Assembly: GCF_006345805.1 (NCBI RefSeq)
Contig: NC_043004.1
Location: 39,184,001 to 39,248,000, forward strand
Reading direction: 5' to 3'
DNA length: 64,000 nucleotides
Origin: Octopus sinensis
Lineage: Eukaryota
The notes under the pieces were generated by a model. It was not told the DNA's origin, did not search any database, and worked only from the letters and a program-made list of their open reading frames with translations. Shown piece after piece: positions 51,722 through 64,000 of the stretch (positions are counted from its first letter, which is position 1; each line of letters opens with the position of its first letter). A program made the position numbers and the translations under genes.

Positions 51722-52659
51722 GTGCGTGTATTATGCTTTTGATGCATATATGTATATTCTGCATATATATGATGGAATATACCGCATTCATGAATAAGTA
51801 TGCAGTTGATTATCTTTGCCGTTTATACATTCTTTCGTTTTACATTCTGTTATGGACAGTACATAAAATGAGATACGCTACATTTCTATCTTTATTCATT
51901 TATTTTTCTTAGACAGACATAATATGAAAGCGGTTCTAGTTTTCTTTTATCAAACTTATTTTATAGCTACACTTATATCCAAAGATTCCGCTATCACTTG
52001 ACATTTACCCTTCGGGGGTCGATAATCTAATTCTTAAATAAAAACACGCGCTAGTAACACAGATATAAAAACAAACCTTCTTTTCTACGCAACAGACGAA
52101 GGGTTGCTGTCCTATCTCTAAAATCCATCCGTTTAAATTAGATAAAGATAAATTCCCTTTCAGATTTTCCTTTTCCCTTTTTAATTTCCCCTTTTTCATT
52201 TTTGTCTTTAAGTACAACAAAGGATACTTTACCTTCAGAAAGATCTCATTTTACGATAACAATGGAAGAATTTCGCCCCTCTCTCTATAAGTAAGCAAGT
52301 GATTAAGCTTCACACTATGTGTCACGTTATCAGTTATCTACAAACTACCGTCGTTCATCTCAGGAAAAATCTCTCTTATTTCACGCCTTCTAACAGCTGG
52401 ATTTTCGTCTCTACTTTTAGCATCCATCAGATTTATCGATGGAACGCTGTGTCTGTTATCTTATATATTCTACTTAATATAAGAAGCACAGGTGGTGTCT
52501 AACAGGGCAGTTGAGAGTGGTGCTTAGTGATCAGTGGTTTAAACTAGAAGGTCCCCGTAAAGGGAGTTATAAGAATGGGCTTCTGTTTCCGGTTATTCTT
52601 CTTCATGTATTCTACTGAATTCCATAATGAGAATGCCACACACGCGCGCACTCGCTCTT

Positions 52660-52710
<51 letters not shown>

Positions 52711-53128
52711 TGGCCGAATGGTGAAGAAATTTGCTTTGCAAACATAAGATGTTTGGATCGACCCCACTGTGTGACACTTTTGATCAAGTGTCAGTTTCTT
52801 CCTCCTCGTATTTTCCCTTGCTTTGTGAGCGAAATCAGGTATGCAGAAAGCCGTTATTTGGAATATATTTGTAATTTAAAAGTTGTCAGCTTTGTCCCTT
52901 GCTCCACACTGCATTATGCTAATTGTGCTTAAGAATATGAAAGGGACAAATGTCTATTATTTGCACATAGATGCAGAAAATCGATTCTAAGGCTAATTAG
53001 AAAATATTTTTATTTTTCATTCCCTTTGAAATTACTCTTATTCTTGATTTGGGATTTAACTGCCCTTTCTAGTATGTAAGGTGTCCTGTTAAAGGTCACC
53101 ACTTGGGTGTATAAATACGTACATTATC

Positions 53129-53175
<47 letters not shown>

Positions 53176-53178
<3 letters not shown>

Positions 53179-53299
53179 ACCTGCTCGATAAGCCAGCGGG
53201 TGGTCTCATTTGAAGGCTAAAAAACAAGGTGAAGCGCATTGTGACCAGCGATGTGTAGCAACATCTGATAGCCTGGTCGGTCACGGTGATCACGGTGAT
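53176..53299 (+). mobile_element. 3' tail of SINE C2 (or of its partner LINE)
   Basis: gaaggctaaaa...gcattgtgaccagcgatgtgtagcaacatctgatagcctggtcggtcacggtgat. Confidence 0.7.
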
Positions 53300-53370
53300 A
53301 TATATATATATATATATATATATTCTATATATATATATATATATTATATATATATGTATGTATGTATATG

Positions 53371-53410
<40 letters not shown>

Positions 53411-53427
53411 TAATAATAATAATAATA

Positions 53428-53772
53428 GTTAAGTTAAGTTAATTTTGGGGCTCAAAAAGCAAAAAGCCAGGCCATGTAGGGGGACATGGAGTTATGTAAA
53501 GGGAGGGTGTTCATGCAGAGAGTTCAGGCCATTTCTGGTCAAGAGAAACTTTGGACCGTCCGGCAGCTTATTCCACGGATCCGCAACCCGGACGGAGAAA
53601 GTCCCTCTGCTTCGATTGAGGTGAAATCGTCGCAGATAGAGCTTTTCGAAGTGACCCAACAACCGACGCTCTGGAGCAGGAGTGAAGAACAGCTCTTTCG
53701 AGAGGTTACACTTTCCGCTTATGATGTTGTGAGCGAGAATGAGATCACCACGTCGGCGTCGTTTTACTAGAG
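53428..53772 (-). mobile_element. CR1-clade LINE 3' end with (TAACT)n tail
   Basis: Minus-strand SLVKRRRRGDLILAHNIISG...FF...GHFEKLYLRRFHLNR...FSVRVADPWNKLP. Confidence 0.8.
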
Positions 53773-53790
53773 AATAATAATAAAAATAAT

Positions 53791-56498
53791 AACATCACAG
53801 AGAAAAAGATTTGCCGGAGATAAAAGAAAAGCTGAAGCAAGATATCCTTGCCAAAGCTCAAAGATCCGCCGGTACGAGAAACGCCAACGCTTCTTTGAAA
53901 GAACAAAAAGTTCAACTCCGACCCCAAAAAGTTCTACCAAGAACTGGGCAAAAATAAAATAGAAGTCACTGCAGCACCAACGGCAGAAGAATTGGAAGAA
54001 TTCTGGAAAGAAATATGGTCGGCGAACGAACAGCAAAAAAAAAGGAGTATGAAAATAACAAACTCGGCATCTGAACAACTTTGGACCCCCATAACAACTG
54101 AAGAGGTCACCCAGGCACTGCAAAACTAAGCAAACTGGAAGGCACCTGGGCATGACAAGATCCCCAACTTCTGGTTGAAATATCTAACAGGAATGCACAA
54201 AAAGATGGCTGAAAACTTAACAGCATACTAGCAGAGCCAGAGACAATGCCTGAATGGCTCACGAAGGGGAAAACCATCTTAATTCCCAAATCAAATGAAA
54301 CAACAAAACCAGAAACTACAGACCATAACCTGCCTCCCTACTATGTTCAAGGCATTTACTGCAGTGATATCGCAAAGGCTGAACAAGCACCTGGACGAAA
54401 ACAAACTGTTCCAGAAGAGCAGAAGCAGAAAGGATGCCGCAAGGGCTCATATGGCTGTAAAGATCAACTAATGATTAATAAAGCCGTAACTGAAGACAGC
54501 CACACAAGAAAGAAGAAAGGCCTCAGTATGGCCTGGATTGACTACAAAAAGGCGTTTGATAGCATCCCCCACACATGGATCCTCGAAACACTAGCCATTA
54601 ACAAAGTAGCACCAACAATCATAAAATTCATAGAGCACTCTATGAATAAATGGCAAACAGTCCTACACCTCCAAACAAAAGAGGGAGTCATGAAAACCAA
54701 AGACATCCCCATTAGAAGAGGAATATTCCAGGGAGACACGCTCTCTCCACTCCTTTTCTGCTTGGCACTGTCACCTCTATCTGATATGCTAAATAGAACT
54801 GGATGCGATATAAATGTTACGGCAAAACGATCAGCCACCTTTTATATATGGATGACCTAAAACTATACGCTGCAAATGACAAACAGCTGGAAACACTATT
54901 AAAGACAGTTCATGGATTTACCAAAGAAATAGATATGAAATTTGGATTAGAAAAATGCGCCAAAGTAACCATGAAAAGAGGAAAACTAGTTAAGAGTAAC
55001 AACATCACACTAGAAAAAACCAATGAAATAAAAGAATTAGATCAAAGCCAAACTTACAAATACTTAGGAATCCATGAACTAGATAAGACACACACACAAC
55101 AAATGAAAGAGAAAATAAAAAAAGAATATTATAGACGAGTTAGATCAATACTAAAAACAGAGCTCAATGCTAAAAACAAGATAATAGGTATCAACACTTT
55201 AGCTGTCCCAGTTATAAGTTACAGCTACAATATCCTTAACTGGACACGAAATGAACTGTCCAAAATAGATAGGAAAACAAGAAAAATACTGACAGGATCT
55301 AGGATGCATCACCCAAAATCTGACATAGAAAGACTATATATACAACGTATAGAAGGTGGTAGAGGCCTTATACAGCTGGAAAACTACTATAAAATAACCA
55401 CCATAGGACTGCAAAAATACCTACATCAGAAGGAAGGAAAACTGATCCAGATAGCAGCAAAACACGAGCAAAACAAAAAACTGTTCTCAGTATTTAAGGA
55501 AGCTGACAAATACAAACAAGAAATCATACCACCTAATAAACACAAAGAAGAAGAAGATGATGAAGAAACAACAAAAGCTATAAAACAAATGAAATCCAAA
55601 CTAAAAATAGAACAGCAACGAGCCATGATAAAACGATGGCAAGAAAAGCCCCTTCATGGTAAATACTGCACTAAACTAAACGCAAAAGAAATAGACAAAG
55701 AAAAATCCCAGCAATGGTTGAGAAGCTCAGAACTCAAAGCAGAAACAGAGGGATTTTTAATTGCAGCACAAGACCAAAGCCTCCCCACCAGAAATTACCA
55801 AAAACATGTAATGAAAAGAAATATTACAAGTAACTGCAGAATATGTGGAGATGGACAAGAAACAATAAATCATATTATCTCTAGCTGCCCAGTCCTGGCT
55901 AAGAAGGAATATATTCACAGACATGACAGAGTTGGAACCTACATACATTGGAAGCTATGCCAACATTATGGAATAACAACAGAAAAAAGATGGTATAGGC
56001 ACACACCAGAAAAGGTCACAGAAAACGAGAAAGCAACCATACTCTGGGATATGCCGATACACACAGATAGAGAAATTAAGGCCAACAGACCAGATATAGT
56101 TGTCAGAGATCATGAAGAAAAAAAATGCTTTCTAATTGATGTATCAATACCGGCAGATGACAACGTGTCTCTAAAAGAAATGGAGAAACTCTCAAAATAC
56201 AAAGACCTGGAAATAGAGGTAACTAGAATGTGGAACCTGAAAACAGAAACAATTCCTATCATAGTAGGTGCATTAGGCATGATAAAAAAATATTCAGAAC
56301 AAATACATAACAAAAACACCAGGACTTACAAACACATATAACATACAGAAAATTGCACTACTAGGACTGCACACATCCTACGCAGAACACTTTCCATACA
56401 ATAACCATCAGAGCATCACAACAAATCACAGCACATACCCAAGGCACACAGAGCTGCGCTCGGTAGTGAAGTGAAAGCACGCTATAAAAATAAAACTA

Positions 56499-56501
<3 letters not shown>
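53791..56501 (+). mobile_element. 5'-truncated R4/Dong-clade non-LTR retrotransposon (RT + CCHC knuckle + restriction-like endonuclease) in a (TAA)n tract
   Basis: WKAPGHDKIP, IDYKKAFDSIPH, GIFQGDTLSP, YMDD, CRICGDGQETINHIISSC, RPDIV...IDVSIP...EKLSKY; ORF pieces 54246-54860 and 54803-56341 separated by frameshifts; (AAT)n on both sides. Confidence 0.9.
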
Positions 56502-56557
<56 letters not shown>

Positions 56558-57711
56558 TAATATAAAATAATAAAAATAATATAATAATAATAATAATAAT
56601 AATAATGATAATAATAATAATTTTCAACCGAAAGGCAAAAATGTGTACCTCACTAAAGCGACTAAGAGCGCTAATTAGCGACTTTAATCGCTTTAGTGAC
56701 GTGTATATACATATGTGTGTGTGTGTGCATGTGTGTGTATATATATATGTATGGATGCATGAATGTATGTCTGTATATATCTGTATTATGTACTTCTCTG
56801 CTGTCATGACGCAATTGCCTACAGTGAACACGTATGGTCTTCAATCACCCCCAATATTAAAGCACTCGCAGAAGGAATGGATATAACATTTTACTTCAGA
56901 CTAAACTATTGAAAAAAGAAAAACTGGCGTTTGCAAAAGCAAGGGAAACATTCTAACAGATATAGATGATAAATCTTACCGAGTCACAAAAGTTATCTAG
57001 CGGTCGTTAAAAATATTTTATCATTCCATCATGAGGGTTAATTTGTTTATCGCTGTCAAACTATCGTCTCATCCAGTCGTGACATCCGTATTAGTTGTGT
57101 GGCATGTAAGATTGGAGCATTGATAAATGTTTTTCTGTAATAATATCTACACATTAGAACGTTTAGAGTAAGTGTAAGCAGTTATGGAAACGTTTCATTG
57201 GACAACGGACATTATACATTATACAAAATGTTATGAGCAAGAAGCATGTGTATAAAACTGACTTCATCTCTAGATTTCAAACCTCGGTAAATATGAGCAA
57301 TGTGCAAAATTGCACGTAGAACTGCATATAATGACATATCATCATGTATTTTATTTCGAAATTGGATAATGGTGAAAGAGGATGTCATTGTATCTCTATA
57401 ATTAGCGTTAGTTTAAGAGTTAAATTGCTTCATTCGATATCTGTTCTATATATTATTTACAAACGTTACACGAGTAGCAGATATTGTGTATATCTGACAT
57501 GACCTAAAGGATATATCGGCGTTTTCATATTTCAAAATGCACTCTTTGCCGTACAATGTTTATTCTGATTAAATGAGTTTACAAAATTCTTTGCAAAAAT
57601 GCAAGGTAATGCGTAAAAGTCGGACGTCATATCTGATGTATATATAAATGGTTTATACACACACACACACACCAACACACACACACACACACACCACACA
57701 CTTACACACAC

Positions 57712-57772
<61 letters not shown>

Positions 57773-57792
57773 ATATATATATATATATATAA

Positions 57793-57825
<33 letters not shown>

Positions 57826-57826
57826 A

Positions 57827-57878
<52 letters not shown>

Positions 57879-57880
<2 letters not shown>

Positions 57881-58065
57881 ATTATATAGAAGGAGCTTCT
57901 ACAGGACTAGAACTGTCTCATTCAATAGAAATCTTCATCCTGAAGATTTCTATTGAATGAAACAGTTCTAGTCCTGTAGAAGCTCTTTATATAATAAATT
58001 AATTTTACTCTGCTATGTATTGAGTACCTTATTTACTGTGGTTAACCCCGAATCAACCCGGGACC

Positions 58066-58067
<2 letters not shown>
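57879..58067. mobile_element. Fold-back hairpin (about 55-60-bp arms, 3-nt loop TCC) made of two opposed hammerhead copies plus a 3' tail
   Basis: 57893-57937 is the reverse complement of 57941-57985 (1 mismatch); plus-strand CTGAAGA(57940)...GAAACAG..CTGTA GAAGCTC; same family as 49856-49908. Confidence 0.8.
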
Positions 58068-58117
<50 letters not shown>

Positions 58118-58652
58118 ATATATATGGCAGTGTTGGCTGGTATTTCTAGCATGTAAAATTATCTGTTAAAGGGTGATTTTCTATTTTGAAATACGAATAT
58201 GTTGTCTATTGACTTTTTATACATGCTAGGCCACTGGTGGTGATATTTATAACGAGCATTCGCCACCCTATATTAGATTTAGCAGTCTTTGCATGAAATA
58301 TTTTCTCTATTTTTTAGACAAATATTACCCTGACAAGACTCATAGACATGAATGCGATGTTTTATAAATCCACTAGTGAATCGAAACAAATTGTAGAATA
58401 TATATTTGTTGCAATTATTTCTTATATTATATCTTTTTATAGTATAATTGTGCTATATTATAATGTTAATAAATTTTCAATAGATCAATTGTATTTTCTA
58501 TTTCCTTTTATATTACTTGTGTATTGAAATTATACCATTTTAAGTTCGGATATTTTTCTCTACTATATTGTGGTATTTAACTGAAGAACCAGAGAAAATT
58601 TCGAAGGAAATTGGTTTTTCCTAGGATTGATTAATAATAATATTAATTTTAT

Positions 58653-58844
58653 GTGACCTCGTGTGTACCGTTGGCGATCTTTTCCCTCTGTCTTCCCTTC
58701 TCTGGATCTTTCCTTCTCCTATGTTTCCGGCGAAGAGCTCCGCTCGAAACGTTAAACCCTCCTTCTTTCCTGAGCGTCCAATAATACTGTATTTGTTCCA
58801 CGTCCTCGCGTTGTTGTGTTTTTTTTGTGCTTTCTTGTTTGGAT

Positions 58845-58848
<4 letters not shown>
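58653..58848 (+). mobile_element. pLTR-like element with a minimal hammerhead motif (core mutated to CCGGCGA)
   Basis: gttt-CCGGCGA(58727)-a-gagc tcc gctc-GAAAC(58746)-GT T-aaac; paralog of 19943-20143; ends at (TA)n. Confidence 0.65.
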
Positions 58849-58892
<44 letters not shown>

Positions 58893-59074
58893 TATATATA
58901 TATACAGAAAGGGAGGGAGGGAGTGTGGAAGCAAGATAGCTTTCTCTCTCCTTCTCTTTCTCTCTCTCTCTTATATATATATATACACACACATATATAT
59001 ATATACATGCATATATACATATATATATACATTATATGTATACATACATAATATATATATATATAATATATATA

Positions 59075-59132
<58 letters not shown>

Positions 59133-59332
59133 GTATCTATATATGTATATATTTATGCACGCACATATGTGTGGTATGAGAACATACTCGTCAGTCGGCT
59201 GATATACATTGTGTGTGTGTGTGAGAGTATATATTTATATATGTATATGTGTGTGTATATATGTTTGTGTGTGTCTAGAGGTATCCATGGACGTATCATA
59301 TATCTCTGTGTGTATCTGCACGCACGTATGGC

Positions 59333-59363
<31 letters not shown>

Positions 59364-60358
59364 TAGGCGTGCAAGTGTGCGTATATGCGTATTTATGTAT
59401 GTGTACATGTATTTGCATGAGTGACCATGTATATACAGTAGATAGAAATAAATATTCGTACACGTCAAAATTCTTTATTTATTTAATTTATAATGAACAT
59501 AAATGGGATATAACAATACTATATATGCATACAGATGCATAAACTAAGAATATGCAAAAGAAACTAATGAATTATAGTAACTAATTAAATTATATTTCTC
59601 AGTACCCTTAATTATAATTATATCTATATAATTATATATTCATATTACTGTTTACCGATATGGTTTTTATCACATGATAGCCACTGATAAGATCATTAAT
59701 TGATTTTATCCTTAATTATGTATAAATATATAGATAAATAGAGAGAAAGAGAGAGAGAGGTAGGGAGAGAGAGAAAGAAACATATAGATACATACATACC
59801 TATATATATATGCATGCATAAAAATGGACAGTATAGAAATATTTCGCCAAGCTCCAACCCCTACCCATGCACACATATAATCACATATACCAAGTCACTA
59901 GCTCTTATAGTGAAATCTTATCTCTATGCCAACGCCTATGTTTATGTCATAAATAATAATCCATTACTTAGAGTGTAGACAGCAAATGTAGACAAAAATT
60001 TCCTGAATATTCCAAACCTTCATATGTACTGCTAAAAAAATATGACAATGAGGAAATACTTTGCATAGTCTTTTGGCGTGTGTAATTCCTTCAAATCACA
60101 GCCGACTGCCAAAAGAAGATAATAAAAAGAAAACAAACTGTTAAATAGTAGAATCACAGAAAAACAATGTCTAGGGAAAAGACAGGATGGTTACGGTTGG
60201 AGCAATATCTGAGTTTGAGATATGCATCACTAGCGTCAATATAATTTGACACATTATGTGTGCTGAATATTGTAAATATTAAGTCAAAAGCGTTTCCCCT
60301 GTCCTTCGGCACATAGTTTAACTGTAGTCAATTCACTCGTAATAAAGGAAATGGATAC

Positions 60359-60583
60359 TCTTTTTTACTCTTTTACTCTTTTACTCTTTTACTTGTTTCA
60401 GTCATTTGACTGCGGCCATGCTGGAGCACCGCCTTTAGTCGAGCAAATCGACCCCGGGACTTATTCTTTGTAAGCCCAGTACTTATTCTATCGATCTCTT
60501 TTTGCCGAACCGCTAAGTGACGGGACGTAACACACCAGCCTCGGTTGTCAAGCAATGCTAGGGGGACAAACACAGACATACAA

Positions 60584-60615
<32 letters not shown>

Positions 60616-61348
60616 CTTATATATTATATATATATATATATATATCTATATATAGATAAGAGTTTTTGTTGGTAAAGCACGTGGGTGAATATATAAGAAA
60701 ATAGTAAAGTGTGAAAAAACGACAGAAGGCTTAAATGTTAAAAAATATATATATTTGTGTCAAAATGTCTGGAGAATATTGGAAAAATCTTTTTCCTTTC
60801 CTAAAATGACATAATTTTAAAATTTTAAAGAAATTTCCGGTTTCGCGTGTAGCTTTTCAAATTTCTTGTGACGTTATGTTTATATTGCATGGAGCTATCG
60901 TGTGTTTATTAACAGGAGATTTCTAAATAAGGGGAGGTAGTGAGTGATTCTTCTCCGGTGTAAGGGAGATAATCGCTTAAAATTTTTTTTTCCTTTTTCC
61001 TTGTTAATTTCTCTATCCGAACATACTGACACAGAGAAATTAACAGGAAAAGGGAAAAAAAATTTTAAGCGATTATCTTCCTTACACCGGAAGAAATCAC
61101 TCACTACCTCCCCTTATTTAGAAATCTCCTGTTAATAAACACAACGATAGCTCCATGCAATATAAACATAACGTCACAAGAAATTTGAAAAGCTACACGC
61201 GAAACCGGTAATTTCTTTAAAAATTTTAAAATTATGTCATTTTAAGGAAAGGAAAAAAATTTTTCCAATATTCTCCAGACATTTTGACACAAATATATAA
61301 TTTTTTAACATTTAAGCCTTCTGTCGTTTTTTCACACTTTACTATTTT

Positions 61349-61397
<49 letters not shown>

Positions 61398-61549
61398 GAC
61401 AGGCTTCTTTCAGTTTCCGTCTACCAAATCCACTCACAAGGCATTGGTCGGCCCGGGGCTATAGCAGAAGACACTTGCCCAAGATGCCACGCAGTGGGAC
61501 TGAACCCGGAACCATGAGGTTGGTTAGCAAGCTACTTACCACACAGCCA
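60359..61549 (-). mobile_element. SINE family A split by an insertion in its internal (TA)n linker
   Basis: 3' half at 60359-60590; 5' half (tRNA head) at 61395-61549. Confidence 0.85.
60690..61356. repeat. About 667-bp near-perfect palindrome (arms about 325 bp, 18-nt spacer) derived from a pLTR-like unit with a dead hammerhead
   Basis: Spacer 61015-61032; right arm AAGAAAT-TTGAAAA-gc tacac gc-GAAAC CG GT A-ATTTCTT at 61178-61217. Confidence 0.85.
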
Positions 61550-62219
61550 CTTTTTCTTTCGTTTTTTTTTTTCTTTGTTTTTAAACCTCATCATCGGAAA
61601 CAGTATCAATAGCACCAACATCAGAAGTAAGACTACCACCATCACCAACAAGGACAACAGCAACGAAGACAATAACATCAACAGCTGAAAAAGAACCCAG
61701 GTCTTATCTCTCTGCCGAATGGGTTAAAACTGCGAGTGATTGTGAACAGGCAGACGAAAAGAGATGCCACATGTGCTGAACAATTGACCGCTTCCGAGCA
61801 TTCTGCCTACACAACCAAAGCAGGTAAGAGGAAAGGAGTCTTCCTACCCCATCATCACCATCATCAATTTAATCAGTAAAATTTTCATCATCATCGTCCT
61901 CATCGTTCTAGGACTCATCATCGTTATCGGACATCATTATCCGCTTCAGCACCATCATCAACATCATAACAATCCTCATGATCATCACTATCATAACCAT
62001 CATCATCAACACCATCATCATCATTATCAACAATGTTTGATGTGTAGAGTCTTCCCAGTACCCAACCGGTAACATCTGTTTATTTTTAGTTGCCATGACA
62101 TTAGGGAAGAACCATTTGGCAGATGCCATATTTGTATCTCACCCTCTCTCCCCACGCTGTCTCTCACACACAGACACACATATGCATACCATATGTATGT
62201 GTATACATGTATACATACA

Positions 62220-62576
62220 GGCGCAGGAGTGGCTGTGTGGTAAGTAGCTTGCTTACCACCCACATGGTTCCGGGTTCAGTCCCACTACGTGACACACGAT
62301 AGCCTTGTGAGTGGATTTAGTGCACGGAAACTGAAAATAGCTTGTCATATATATATGTGCTTGCGTGTGTGTGTGTGTGCGTGCGTGCGTGTGTGGTATG
62401 ATTCTGTTTATGTTTGTCCCCCACCATCACTTGACAACTGATGTTGGTATGTTTATGTCCCCGTAACTTAGCGGATCGGCAAAACAGTTGGATAGAATAA
62501 TTACTAGGCTTACATACAATAATTATGGGGTAGATTTTTTCGACTAAAGGCCATGACTGAAACAAATAAAAAAAGA
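62220..62576 (+). mobile_element. SINE family A with internal deletion
   Basis: ggcgcaggagtggctgtgtggtaagtagcttgcttacc...ggttccgggttcagtccc. Confidence 0.8.
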
Positions 62577-62687
62577 ATATATATATATATATATAAACAT
62601 ACATACATATATGCATATATGTGTGTGTGGGTATGTGTGTGTTCCAACGCACGAATGTCTGGAACCTTTTACCGTTTATCAATTATA

Positions 62688-62828
62688 TAAGGTTGTCCCA
62701 AAAGTTCGTAGAAAGTCTTGGAAAATAATGGTCTTTATTTTGAGGAATAATTTTTATTGTTTTTGTTAGTACTTGGCGAGTAAAAATTCAATTTTCGCAA
62801 GTGTTTACGAACTTTTGGGACAACCTAA
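62688..62828. mobile_element. 141-bp mariner-derived MITE
   Basis: TIRs T(A/T)AGGTTGTCCCAAAAGTTCGTA; TA at 62686-62687 and 62829-62830. Confidence 0.8.
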
Positions 62829-63208
62829 TAGTTAGATTGATACATACATATATGCATACATACACACTCATACACATATATATACTGATATTTGAGTTGC
62901 CCTTTTTTGCCGTTTGTATCACCAAAAACAAGTATGTGTGAGTGCCTGTTTGTGTGTGTGCGTTTGTGTTAGCGTGTGTCTGTGTATGTCACACACAAAA
63001 ACTATGTATCCTAAACTGTGTAAATGCAGGGAAATAGTTTTATATATGTACGCATAGTACTGCTTATACAAATCATGTATACACAAAATATACACACACA
63101 CACACACACACACACGCATACACACACATACATACACACACACACATACACACACACATACACACACACATACACACACACATACACACACACACATACA
63201 CACACACA

Positions 63209-63249
<41 letters not shown>

Positions 63250-63594
63250 GATCGTATGAGTGTTTCTGGGTGTGTATCTGTTCATAACTTTATCTGCGCA
63301 TGTGTGTAATACGTGGCAACATAGGTGTTGATTTAGTTCAGCTTCAATTATGAAGTCATGGCACTTTTCGTCCTCAAAGGAACAGTCCCAAATAGATAAC
63401 GATGTTTCGCTTAGACAAACACATGATTGTGTCTTTGTAATATTGTATACAAACCATCAGTGGGTTGGCGTAAGGAGATTAAATATAAAGCGAGGGCGAC
63501 TGAAACGGATGAATATTTAGTTTTCTATATTTTAGGTTATGCATTTGACTCAAACCTATGTACGTGTATATACATATATATACCATACCTACAT

Positions 63595-63627
<33 letters not shown>

Positions 63628-63629
63628 CA

Positions 63630-63698
<69 letters not shown>

Positions 63699-63729
63699 AT
63701 GTATGTATGGTATATATATATATATACAC

Positions 63730-63775
<46 letters not shown>

Positions 63776-63787
63776 ATATACATATAT

Positions 63788-63843
<56 letters not shown>

Positions 63844-63850
63844 TATATAT

Positions 63851-63909
<59 letters not shown>

Positions 63910-64000
63910 TATACTCATCGCTTTGAGATTGAGACCGCGACCTGTTCACTGATAAAATTCCGTGCAGCAAAATTCCGAGATGCAGCACGCAATTTTGTCA

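Noticed and set aside
53486-53770. 94-aa plus-strand ORF as the N-terminus or 5' region of the R4 element
   Set aside because: It is the antisense of a CR1 3' end on the minus strand
60690-61356. Classical MITE or foldback DNA transposon
   Set aside because: The arms contain a decayed hammerhead and pLTR-like tail and no defined TSD beyond TA repeats; an inverted retroelement end fits better, although a MITE is not fully excluded

Overview
AT-rich, microsatellite-saturated eukaryotic DNA. Its SINE, LINE and mariner content looks like an octopus/coleoid cephalopod genome (inference from repeat style; no database search was run). The region is intergenic or deep-intronic: I find no confident host gene, only one weak candidate terminal exon (minus strand, 49317-49609). 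Identifiable elements: about 25 tRNA-derived SINE copies from at least 5 families; a full-length frameshifted irritans-like mariner with TIRs and TA TSD; several decayed mariner/maT fragments; three MITE families, one Merlin-like with 8-bp TSDs and internal TTAGGG repeats; a 5'-truncated R4/Dong-type RT-RLE retrotransposon in a (TAA)n tract; and RTE and CR1 3' ends. The main unannotated signal is a set of type I hammerhead ribozyme (HHR) motifs from at least six unrelated non-coding retroelement families. One is a tandem 483-nt retrozyme-like unit with two intact HHRs and a long G-U-rich stem II (22.7-23.7 kb). One is a complete 53-nt HHR (49856-49908). One is a tRNA-headed SINE with an HHR tail in a head-to-head palindrome (46.5-47.2 kb). 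Two are fold-back palindromes built from HHR-bearing pLTR-like units (57.9 kb, 60.7-61.4 kb). Most of these abut (TA)n microsatellites. All structures were folded by eye, and indel-rich duplicate copies suggest some unpolished long-read assembly error.
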